Shown one piece after another: positions 25,735-34,350 of a stretch of DNA of 35,819 bases. Source of the stretch: an archaeon (GTDB lineage: Archaea; Nanobdellota; Nanobdellia; Woesearchaeales; UBA9642); contig JAZDHK010000007.1 in assembly GCA_043806035.1 (NCBI GenBank), forward strand, positions 1-35,819. Reading direction: 5' to 3'. A program made the position numbers and the translations under genes. The stretch's first letter is position 1. Each line of letters begins with the position of its first letter. Under the pieces are notes generated by a model. It saw nothing but the letters and a program-made list of their open reading frames with translations. It was not told where the DNA came from and made no database searches.

Positions 25735-26475
25735 TCATTCGAATAGTACACCATCAATGTACATGAGCTTTTTCTGCATGAAATCCAATGCGTCGTGGAA
25801 TGCGTTCATCTGCTTTCTGAACTTTGCATCCTGCTCATCATAACTGCCTATTTCATCATTTGCTCGTTTCAGGTTTTTTGTCATATCTTTGAGTGATGTG
25901 ACGATGAAGTCATAATCCATGGCGCTGACGAACAGCTCAAATTGTCTTGTTTTCATGGTGTTCATTAATGGATCTGGAGGAAGGAAGTCGGGAATTTGCG
26001 TTCGTTGCATTTGTTGCGGTGGCTGCATCTGTGCTTGCGTGCGTGGTTGGGAGGGAACGGCAACGGGAGGAGACAAGGAAGGCTGTTGCACGTTGAGTGG
26101 AGGTGGTTTTGTATCTGGTGGAGGGAATGGCTTGAAGTCTTCTGGTTTTGGTTCTTCAATGGGGTCTTCTCTGTAGGGAAGGTAGTCGCTCATAGAGATA
26201 TCCGCTTGAGTATCCTCTTGTGCAGCATCGTGCACGTCAAACGAGGGCAAGGGCGGCATGGCTTGTGCTGGTGCCCCGTATGTTGGAGAAGATCCTAGTT
26301 CATCGTACTTGCGAAGATTAAACGGTTGTTGTGCTGGTTGCTGGATGGGCAAAGATTGCTGCGATGGAGGTTGCTGCAGTGGTGGAGCTTGTTGGACTGG
26401 CGGTTGTGCAACAGGTGGTTTTGGAATGTCACCTAGTTCTTTTTTCTTTTTGAATATGTCGAGGAAGCCCAACAA
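25735..26475 (-). CDS. Hypothetical protein: amphipathic N-term, P/Q-rich disordered linker, C-terminal coiled coil paralogous to 25497-25724
   Basis: (M)GFLDIFKKKK N-term after GGGGTGA; C-term LFVSAMDY...IDGVLFE. Confidence 0.78.
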   Translation of the reverse strand: MLGFLDIFKKKKELGDIPKPPVAQPPVQQAPPLQQPPSQQSLPIQQPAQQPFNLRKYDELGSSPTYGAPAQAMPPLPSFDVHDAAQEDTQADISMSDYLPYREDPIEEPKPEDFKPFPPPDTKPPPLNVQQPSLSPPVAVPSQPRTQAQMQPPQQMQRTQIPDFLPPDPLMNTMKTRQFELFVSAMDYDFIVTSLKDMTKNLKRANDEIGSYDEQDAKFRKQMNAFHDALDFMQKKLMYIDGVLFE

Positions 26476-26644
26476 TTCACCCCTTTCGGGCTTTTTTACC
26501 AGAACAGAGTACTTAAAGATTTCTTATTATTTGCGAATGGTAACGAAAATAGTGGTTGTGTTGAAAATATTCCGTTTCTAATCGGGTGTTTTTTCGAAAA
26601 AAAGGGGAGAAGGCATAAGAAGCGAAACAAAAAGGGTTTGCTTC

Positions 26645-26948
26645 ATGAAAGAGCTCATCCTTGCAGTCATTATCTGCATGCTGCCGTTTGTTGCCGGGAT
26701 GCACATCAACGAAATCATGTACAATCCTGTTGGCAGCGATAATCACGGGACAGGTGGCGTATGAGAGCAAAAGCAGCAGGCAAAAGACAATTGCCGGGTA
26801 TGCCTTGCTTGGCATGCTGTGCACGTACTTCATTCTACGAGGGAACGATAGCTTTATAAGACGAAAGCAACTCTGCAAAAGCCATGAAAGAAGCGGAGAT
26901 TCAGGAGAAACTCAAAGCGGGATTCATGCGGGCAAGGATCATCTTTGA
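26645..26948 (+). pseudogene. Internally deleted lamin-tail-domain (LTD) surface protein: N-terminal stub joined out of frame to a C-terminal membrane anchor
   Basis: 26645-26764 = signal peptide + MHINEIMYNPVGSD then a stop; the +1 frame from 26739 reads IITGQVAYESKSSRQKTIAGYALLGMLCTYFILR (linker + TM + basic residues). Confidence 0.65.
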
Positions 26949-27480
26949 GATGATCGGCAACCCGAAGGAGCACGTCATCAAGACTCTCAAAGGATACATT
27001 GCTAACATCAAGAGTGACGAGCGCATCATTACGTTGGGTGAAGACTACGCCGAACCTGAGGAGATGGACGATGGCAAGCTGTGGAGTACGTTCTGCGAGC
27101 TGGAAGTGCTCATCAAGGATCTTGAGACATTCACCTGGCTGTGCGTGAATTTCAGTCCTGCAAGCATCGAAGTTTTGGAGCCTGACGAGTTTCTCATCAC
27201 CAATAAGGATTTGGGGATTTGGCTGAATGAGCTGCTGCTACGCTTGCACGAGATAGGCATAGGGTTCAAGCAGCAGGCATCTGAGAATGAATTGCTCAAG
27301 AGGAACATGAACGCTCTCGTCAGAAATAGCGTGCTGCTCGCTCTCAGTGAGCCAAAGACGCAGGAGATGATTGCAAAAAGCATCGGTGTCGAACCTTCCG
27401 AGTTGCTCACGCCGTTCTTAGAGGCCATGGTCAAAGAGGGACGCATCAGGAAAGAGGGTGACGTGTTTGTCAAAGCCTAA
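26884..27480 (+). CDS. Uncharacterised protein, possible C-terminal winged helix
   Basis: 198-aa ORF with TTTATAA about 25 nt upstream; EMIGNPKEHV, FSPASIEVLEP; C-term TQEMIAKSIGV...LEAMVKEGRIRKEG. Confidence 0.8.
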   Translation: MKEAEIQEKLKAGFMRARIIFEMIGNPKEHVIKTLKGYIANIKSDERIITLGEDYAEPEEMDDGKLWSTFCELEVLIKDLETFTWLCVNFSPASIEVLEPDEFLITNKDLGIWLNELLLRLHEIGIGFKQQASENELLKRNMNALVRNSVLLALSEPKTQEMIAKSIGVEPSELLTPFLEAMVKEGRIRKEGDVFVKA

Positions 27481-28333
27481 AGTGTCAGAGAAGAAAAGAG
27501 TGCGGGAAAAAGCACCGGTCAAAAAGCTGAGCCTTCCTGTTCAGGAGAAGAAAGCACAGGAGGGTATAGCTCCCGTCATGCAACAGCAAGATACTGCATC
27601 TCCGACAACAGATGGGTTCAAACCGGCTTCTCTGGATGACATACAGTGCGAGCTCGAGTCGTTGCTGTTCAGTGCGGGAAAAAGCATGAGCGAGGAAAAG
27701 CTTGCCGAGTTGACGAAACGGGATCCGAAACAGATCACGCAGGCGCTCAAAAAGCTCCAGCAAGAATATGCGGGCAGGGGCTCTAGTCTGGCCGTCTTTG
27801 AAGAGGCAGGGAATTGGAAGATCAACGTCAAGGAAAAATATCTCAGATTGGTACGAAAAATCGTCGCTGACATTGAGGTAAGCAAGAGCTTGCTGAAGAC
27901 GCTGGCGGCCATTGCATGGAAGAGCCCTGTCTTGCAGAGCGAAATCATCCGTATCCGGAGCAACAAAGGATACGATCACATTCTCGGGCTGGAAGAGATG
28001 GGATTCATCGTCAAGGAGAAGAAAGGAAGGAGTTTCATTATCAAAACAACGCAGAAGTTTGCTGATTATTTCGAGGTCGACAACAAGGGCAGCATCAAGA
28101 CTGCATTTCAGAACGTTCACGTGCCGCAACAGACCACATTGCAAGAAATGCCACAACCTGAGCAACCTACTGAGTTCATTCCTCAAACTATCCCTGTAGA
28201 AAGAACAATAGACCGTGAATTTCTGGACAGAATTGACAAGAAGATAGAGGATGTTGCAAAGCGCAATGCAGAAACGGAGCTTCCGAAGAGACAAGAAAAA
28301 GAAGCGCAAGAGGAAAATTCTCCAAATATTTAA
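27458..28333 (+). CDS. scpB: SMC-Scp complex subunit ScpB
   Basis: LESLLFSAG, LKTLAAIAWKSPVLQSEIIRIR, HILGLEEMGFI, TTQKFADYF; start may be TTG 27467. Confidence 0.88.
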   Translation: MTCLSKPKVSEKKRVREKAPVKKLSLPVQEKKAQEGIAPVMQQQDTASPTTDGFKPASLDDIQCELESLLFSAGKSMSEEKLAELTKRDPKQITQALKKLQQEYAGRGSSLAVFEEAGNWKINVKEKYLRLVRKIVADIEVSKSLLKTLAAIAWKSPVLQSEIIRIRSNKGYDHILGLEEMGFIVKEKKGRSFIIKTTQKFADYFEVDNKGSIKTAFQNVHVPQQTTLQEMPQPEQPTEFIPQTIPVERTIDREFLDRIDKKIEDVAKRNAETELPKRQEKEAQEENSPNI

Positions 28334-28358
28334 AAAGCCTCGGAACAGGAATGCGGTC

Positions 28359-31300
28359 ATGAGGGCGTGGTTTATCTTGCTGCTGCTATTGCCGATAGCG
28401 TCAGCTGAGATCGATGTGCGCGTGTATGGCAGCCAGAATGTGAGTGGCTATCGTGCCATGACGGACACCACAACGTTTTTCATCCGAAGTTCAAGTCCTG
28501 TGAATTTTGTGAGTGCAGACGGCCAGCTACTGCCTATTCCCTGTGTTGATAGAGCGTATTTTTTTGAGTGCCAACAGACCTTTCCAAGTGATACTCGACC
28601 GGCAGGAATGAAGAATTTTACTATCAACAACACGGATGGAGAAAGCCATCCTGGCAATTTCACTGTCGATGGCGTCTCTCCCACCATCGTTGTTGATGAG
28701 GAAAGCCTTACACTCAGGGGCAGGGGCGTGACGTTCACGTACGCTCTTGAGGATCATGCTGCAGAGAATGAGGAAGGATGCTCTGGATTGAAACAGCTCA
28801 TCGTGCTTGCCAATAACCGTGTACAGGACGGCATGAACTTCTCGGAAGTATGCAACAGCTCGGGCACGTACGCATTCTCGTATCAGGGAGAAGAAGAAAC
28901 GATAGACATACGCCTGCGCGTGCATGATGCCGTGAACAATTATGCAGAGACGGAACTGTCTTCATTGCATGGCGATTTCTCTGCACCGCGCATAAGCGAC
29001 CAATTCACAATTTGGCAAGGCGCAGAACAACTCACCAGGATTTCTTTGAATCCCGAAAGCATTTCCCTCGTTCGTATCGACCTGCGCATAGAGGACGAGA
29101 ACTTGAGCACAGTCGTTGGCGATTTGTCATCGCTGAACCCAATGCACCCTGAATACGCAGACCTTACCGCTACGTGCTATCGTGCAGATGAAGGCTACCA
29201 CTGTAGTTTTGAAAACATTGCATTGCAACCCGAGACGGGAACGTTGACTATCGTAATTGTGGCGAACGATACCTCAGGAAATATTGTTGAAGGAGAAAGC
29301 AGTGCACAGCTCGAGGTCGTTGCTGCTGCAGGCAGTGTGCGCTTCATTGGACCCGGCAGGGAACATTGTGATCAGCAGTGCTTCATCACAAACAGGACAT
29401 CGTTCATTGTTGAACTGGAGCCCGGCTCTGATTTCAGCACAGGGAATGTGCTCGTCTCGACAGACAACACAAACCAACCTATTCGTGTAAGAAATTGTTC
29501 TCTCGCCAATGTTTGGACGTGCACCTCGCCAAGCATGGCGCTCGACATGCAGGAAGGACAATCAGCAAGGGTATACGTCGCCACAGGATCAACTGATGAT
29601 TATGGCAATCCCCTAACGGAAGGTATGCTGGAGAATGTCGTGGTATTTGACAGCACTCCGCCGCAAAATGATTCAGCCATAACGGTCAATCTCGACTGTC
29701 CCGTCTTCGGAGAGCCGCTTGAGATTAACGTGCTCGTGCGTGAGGAGCTTTCAACGCAAGTGTTCATTGCCGCCAATACGAGCAGGATCAGCACGCACGC
29801 ATTCATTGAGGAAGCATGCATTCCGGGAAGCAGATGGAATTGCACGTTGCACGTACAAGATCTGACGACGACGAGCCTGAACACGACGCTGGATATCGTC
29901 ATAAGGGATTTGGCAGGCAACAAATTCATCATGCAACGCAACGTGTCCATTTGCGAGAACATCAATGCACGATCAAACGTCATCAGCAGCATAGAAGCAA
30001 CACAGATTCCCGTCATCGACAAGCAAATAGCAACCTATCGCAGGTTCAAGGCATATGTGCCGTTGCGTGTGCATTTTGTCGATACGAGCTCGAGCATCGT
30101 GGAGAGCGAGGCAATTATCTGTTCTGCGCGGGATGCGGAGCATGACGTCAATGAGGAGTACTTGTTCGACAATCCGGAGCTGCTCATGAGCAGATCGTCG
30201 ACGCCCGTGCTCTCCTTTTACATCGGTAGAGAGGGTGAAGTGGAATTCCCTGACAAGATAAATTTGACGTGCGAACTCGATTTCTACACGAGACAGGGAT
30301 CAAGAAGATATCGGGAGCCTGAGACGAAAACGTTCAGCGTGCTGCTGGGCACGACGAATGTCGAGCTGGGAAATTTCGACACGGTCACGCAGAAAAAGTA
30401 TGATGATGCGGTGAGTAAAATCCACAAGCTGCAACAATCGATAGAACGCAGGGAAAGCATTGACCGGATTGCCGGAACGTTCTGCCGCATCGTTGAATAC
30501 ATAGGTATGATTAATGGAGCCATGCAAACACTGCGGACGACAATTTACACGTTCTGCATGGCACTGTATGCCATACCGTTAGGAGTGACACAAGCTGCCG
30601 CAGAGGCAATATGGGCTGCCGCAAACACCGTGCTTGGCTTCTTCCATGGCACAATTACCCAGTACATCTACCCTCCAGGAAGCGTGCTCTTCTCTATCAT
30701 AGCAAATCCCACGGGAACTGGCCCATACATCAAACTTTTCTGCTTCATCTACACGTGCAAGTTCTACGAGGCAGACGAGTACATCGCTATCGTATCGCAA
30801 GTTGGGGGGAACATGGCATCAGGTCTTGGCCCGAGCGTCACAGGACACAGTCTTCCTGGACCGAGCGGGACAACACGGCTAGATTGGAGGGGAAGAACGG
30901 TGAGCCCTGGACGAAATGGACCAATCAAACTCGATATTCGAGTAGCGGGAAGTAATGAGCTGCCCACGGTTGATGAAATCATGGCCACAACGGGTTTGTA
31001 TGACGGCAATTGGATAATAAATCCGTATAAGAGCAAGTACAATGACGCATTGTGCATTCCTGCACAAATTTATAACATGAAGAAGGAAAAGCAGATTGCG
31101 TGCAAGTACGCACACTGCCTGCAAGACATGAAGGACAGCGGCCAACAGCCCGAGTTGTGCGAATACAATTATCGCATGGGCAATTGCCTCTACGTCGAGA
31201 GTGCACAGGTGAAGCTGCACGGTCCTGCGTCGGTGAGTGATTTCTTCAAGGGCATGCTGACGCAGATCATCAACGCACTGCCTTCCATCATCATTTCTAT

Positions 31301-31511
31301 AGGTTACCAAATAGGCTGTGCTAATTATTATGTCATGGGAGGCCATCTTGCAGATTCGGAACTTGCAACGTCAGGATGGCACGGCGCTGCCTGCGGAGTG
31401 ACGGGAACGATTCTTGGCTTGCGAGAAGTTATGCAAATGTTCGACAGCAGGTATTGGCAGCCGAGCGCGTACAGTTCGGATAATTTGGGTGATGCATGCG
31501 ACGGTCTATAA
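28359..31511 (+). CDS. Large secreted Cys-rich surface protein (about 1050 aa; beta-sandwich repeats, coiled coil, hydrophobic helices)
   Basis: Signal peptide MRAWFILLLLLPIASA; repeated DxxxP / DxxGN Ig-like boundaries; many NxS/T sequons; TTTAAAAA upstream. Confidence 0.85.
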   Translation: MRAWFILLLLLPIASAEIDVRVYGSQNVSGYRAMTDTTTFFIRSSSPVNFVSADGQLLPIPCVDRAYFFECQQTFPSDTRPAGMKNFTINNTDGESHPGNFTVDGVSPTIVVDEESLTLRGRGVTFTYALEDHAAENEEGCSGLKQLIVLANNRVQDGMNFSEVCNSSGTYAFSYQGEEETIDIRLRVHDAVNNYAETELSSLHGDFSAPRISDQFTIWQGAEQLTRISLNPESISLVRIDLRIEDENLSTVVGDLSSLNPMHPEYADLTATCYRADEGYHCSFENIALQPETGTLTIVIVANDTSGNIVEGESSAQLEVVAAAGSVRFIGPGREHCDQQCFITNRTSFIVELEPGSDFSTGNVLVSTDNTNQPIRVRNCSLANVWTCTSPSMALDMQEGQSARVYVATGSTDDYGNPLTEGMLENVVVFDSTPPQNDSAITVNLDCPVFGEPLEINVLVREELSTQVFIAANTSRISTHAFIEEACIPGSRWNCTLHVQDLTTTSLNTTLDIVIRDLAGNKFIMQRNVSICENINARSNVISSIEATQIPVIDKQIATYRRFKAYVPLRVHFVDTSSSIVESEAIICSARDAEHDVNEEYLFDNPELLMSRSSTPVLSFYIGREGEVEFPDKINLTCELDFYTRQGSRRYREPETKTFSVLLGTTNVELGNFDTVTQKKYDDAVSKIHKLQQSIERRESIDRIAGTFCRIVEYIGMINGAMQTLRTTIYTFCMALYAIPLGVTQAAAEAIWAAANTVLGFFHGTITQYIYPPGSVLFSIIANPTGTGPYIKLFCFIYTCKFYEADEYIAIVSQVGGNMASGLGPSVTGHSLPGPSGTTRLDWRGRTVSPGRNGPIKLDIRVAGSNELPTVDEIMATTGLYDGNWIINPYKSKYNDALCIPAQIYNMKKEKQIACKYAHCLQDMKDSGQQPELCEYNYRMGNCLYVESAQVKLHGPASVSDFFKGMLTQIINALPSIIISIGYQIGCANYYVMGGHLADSELATSGWHGAACGVTGTILGLREVMQMFDSRYWQPSAYSSDNLGDACDGL

Positions 31512-32128
31512 TGTTTGGTATGCTGGGCATGGTGCTGCTTATCTGCTCAGGCATTGTGCTGGCAAGCTGGCTCGAGGACAGGACAAGTGAGTACAGAACG
31601 AACAGCGAATACCAGTGGCAAGTAGCAAGCACCAGCACAGGCTATTGGGATTTTCTCACGCCATGGGATCCAAAATACGACGAGCGAGGGGATCCTCGAA
31701 ACTACAATTTCGGCTGGTATCCGTTGCATGATTGGGAGTACGAGGTGTGCTTGCGTGATTTCAGTCCTGAAGTCAAGCAGACGTTCAGACGAAGCTATGA
31801 CCCGTACAATCGTGTTTATGATCTCACGGTGCAGGCGAATGCATTCAAGAAGAACATCACCTTGCTCAATGCGGACAACGTAACTGTGGATTGGACGTTC
31901 GAGTACGTGTACGAATGGTACGTGCAGCCAACGACGGGCAGAGCCAGTTATGCCGTGTTCAAAGTGCGAGATGATGGTGCAAGAGAGAATATTGCTATTG
32001 ACCGGTCTGCGGATTATGTCAGCGGCTCCGCGGGCTACATTGCAGAGTATTCGCAGAGCAACTACACACAATTAGTAGTTCAGACAAACGGCGCTGATGC
32101 AATGGTTGTTCCCGTGGTGGTCAGATGA
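31511..32128 (+). CDS. Secreted hypothetical protein, aromatic-rich
   Basis: Signal peptide MFGMLGMVLLICSGIVLA; TAATG overlap with the upstream gene. Confidence 0.78.
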   Translation: MFGMLGMVLLICSGIVLASWLEDRTSEYRTNSEYQWQVASTSTGYWDFLTPWDPKYDERGDPRNYNFGWYPLHDWEYEVCLRDFSPEVKQTFRRSYDPYNRVYDLTVQANAFKKNITLLNADNVTVDWTFEYVYEWYVQPTTGRASYAVFKVRDDGARENIAIDRSADYVSGSAGYIAEYSQSNYTQLVVQTNGADAMVVPVVVR

Positions 32129-34314
32129 GCAAAGGCCAAGTGACGCTCTTCATCATCATCGGCATAGTCATACTCATTGCTGTAGTGATTCTGTTGTTCG
32201 TTCTGCGCAAGGACGTGCAAGAGCAGCTACCAGACATCCCTAACACGTTCCTTCCTGTTTCTCACCACGTAGAAACTTGTCTGAAAGAGACTGTCCGTGA
32301 GGCAGTGGATGACGCTTCGCAGCACGGCGGCTATCCTGCCATCGATGACGAGGAGATTTCAGGACGGCAATTCACGCAAGATGTGTTGCATCCGACTGAG
32401 GCAGATGTTGTTCTACTGGGGGATACATATGGCATCCCGTACTGGTTGTACTTGAGCAGCTCGAATGATTGCCAGGACTGCGTCTTCGATTCACTCGCGC
32501 CAGAGTTGCCAGAGATTGAGAATCAACTTTCTCGATACGTGAATAAGCACATAGACGAGTGCCTGGACTTCAACGTCCTACGCAGTCAAGGGTTCGAGAT
32601 AATCATCAACAGCACGCCTTCCTCGAAAGTGTTCATCAACGAGAAGGATGTGAGTGCAAGGCTCAACTACACACTCGTCGTTCAAAGAAACGATGAACAA
32701 TTCACACTCACCGCATTCCATACCGTCCTGAACATTCCCCTGAAAGAAATGTATATTTTGGCGTTGAACATCACGCAGGCAGAAGCGAACACACAGTTTT
32801 TGGAAAATGTGATTTTGTATGAGCTGAACACGTATGGGGGAACGAGGGCAGATCTCTTGCCTCCCAGTACCGAGCAGTCAGTCGAGGAGTACAGCTATCT
32901 GATGTGGGGACTGTCACGGACAAAACTGCAGTTCATGCAGCTCATGAGCCGCGACATGAACGCCGTGCAAGTACGCGGAGCGTTGAATGCACGATACATA
33001 ACAGGAAACACGACGCAAGAGCGCAGATTCTATGAAGCAACTGCACTCAATATTTTCCCTAATGTCACGTTCAATGACACCACCATCGATGTCGTGTACA
33101 TGAACTGGGATCCGTATTTTGTCATCCAGCCGAGCGATGGAGAGATCATCAGCCAGAGCATCTATGAGGGAGGAAGTTTTACAAGCTTCGTCCCCTCACG
33201 GAGGTTCAGCAACTATCATTTCTTCTACGACATTTCCCTGCCCGTGGTTGTGCAGATAACCAAGCATTTGCCTGAAGGTGAGACAGTGCGTTTCCTCTTC
33301 GCATTGGAAGCGAACATCAGGGAGAACAAGCGACTTCCCGAATGGATTGCAGGACTAGGCACTATCCCCTGGAATTATGAGAATATCGGCTTTCTCGTCA
33401 ATGGCATGGGAGATTCCTTCACTGATCCTTCAGGGGAGACGTATTCACTCGAAAGGCTGAATGCATCGGTCATCTTCTGCGATCCCAAACAAAGAATTTC
33501 TGCACCCGTAAAGATACGAACGTATGATACCAGAACAAGAGAACCGCTTGAGGGTGTCGAGGTGACGTTCGGTTGCGGCAGACACGTCAGCTGCCCAGAA
33601 GGAGACACGCAATACAATGTCAGTTCTCGCAGGGCTGAATTCATCGGAAAACTGCCGTTGTGCATGAATGGCTATGCCTCGCTCAAGAAGGCAGGGTATT
33701 GGACGAAAGTCATCCCCCTAACGCCGAGCATGTCAGAATCTGTCTCAGTGGGAGCGTATTTGGAGCGACTCGTAGATAAGAATGTGTCAGTGATGAAAGT
33801 GCAACTCACCCGTGCGGGTGATGGTTTTGCAGCGCAGCCAGCAGTTCCTCTTGGAGAGAATGAGACTGTTGTTCTGACATTGGTCAAAAATGTGACGGGT
33901 TTGGAGGAACCACTCTCCACGACGTTAGTGCTACAGGGAAATGAAAGCAAAATTGCCAGTCTCGTTACAGGAATGTATGCAGTAACGGGCACGTTCATGA
34001 GCACACACAACATCATCATTCCCAGGAATTGTGACAGGAACTGCATCGAGAGGAATTGGTTAAGGGAATGCACGAATTGGCTCTACTACCCAAGCAGCGA
34101 CATCAATCTTACTGGCATGCCTTCAGGAGGCATTGAGATGGACAGGTGGCGCGTGTATCAGGATGATCTTGATGAGGATAACGTACTCGTTATTAACATT
34201 CTCGTCTTGCCTGATCCTCCGTGCTTGCAAGAGATGGAATGGTTCGGCAAGATCAAAGAATTCTCTGAGCAGTTCATGATCCAACCTGTTTTCATGAATA
34301 GCACGCAAGGGTAG
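32125..34314 (+). CDS. Large pilin-like protein with class III signal peptide
   Basis: MSKG|QVTLFIIIGIVILIAVVILLF prepilin-peptidase motif followed by a Cys-containing extracellular region. Confidence 0.85.
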   Translation: MSKGQVTLFIIIGIVILIAVVILLFVLRKDVQEQLPDIPNTFLPVSHHVETCLKETVREAVDDASQHGGYPAIDDEEISGRQFTQDVLHPTEADVVLLGDTYGIPYWLYLSSSNDCQDCVFDSLAPELPEIENQLSRYVNKHIDECLDFNVLRSQGFEIIINSTPSSKVFINEKDVSARLNYTLVVQRNDEQFTLTAFHTVLNIPLKEMYILALNITQAEANTQFLENVILYELNTYGGTRADLLPPSTEQSVEEYSYLMWGLSRTKLQFMQLMSRDMNAVQVRGALNARYITGNTTQERRFYEATALNIFPNVTFNDTTIDVVYMNWDPYFVIQPSDGEIISQSIYEGGSFTSFVPSRRFSNYHFFYDISLPVVVQITKHLPEGETVRFLFALEANIRENKRLPEWIAGLGTIPWNYENIGFLVNGMGDSFTDPSGETYSLERLNASVIFCDPKQRISAPVKIRTYDTRTREPLEGVEVTFGCGRHVSCPEGDTQYNVSSRRAEFIGKLPLCMNGYASLKKAGYWTKVIPLTPSMSESVSVGAYLERLVDKNVSVMKVQLTRAGDGFAAQPAVPLGENETVVLTLVKNVTGLEEPLSTTLVLQGNESKIASLVTGMYAVTGTFMSTHNIIIPRNCDRNCIERNWLRECTNWLYYPSSDINLTGMPSGGIEMDRWRVYQDDLDEDNVLVINILVLPDPPCLQEMEWFGKIKEFSEQFMIQPVFMNSTQG

Positions 34315-34350
34315 TAAACTTTAAATAGCCCTCCTGCCGAAATGGCATGC

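Noticed and set aside
25990-26420. Tandem repeat or CRISPR-like array
   Set aside because: Only low-complexity Gln/Pro codons in a disordered linker; no fixed-length repeats or spacers anywhere in the window
27485-28360. Long antisense ORFs (also 17498-18259, 24011-24754, 14157-14810, 34977-35585)
   Set aside because: Shadow frames of well-supported genes on the other strand, with no motifs, RBS or promoter
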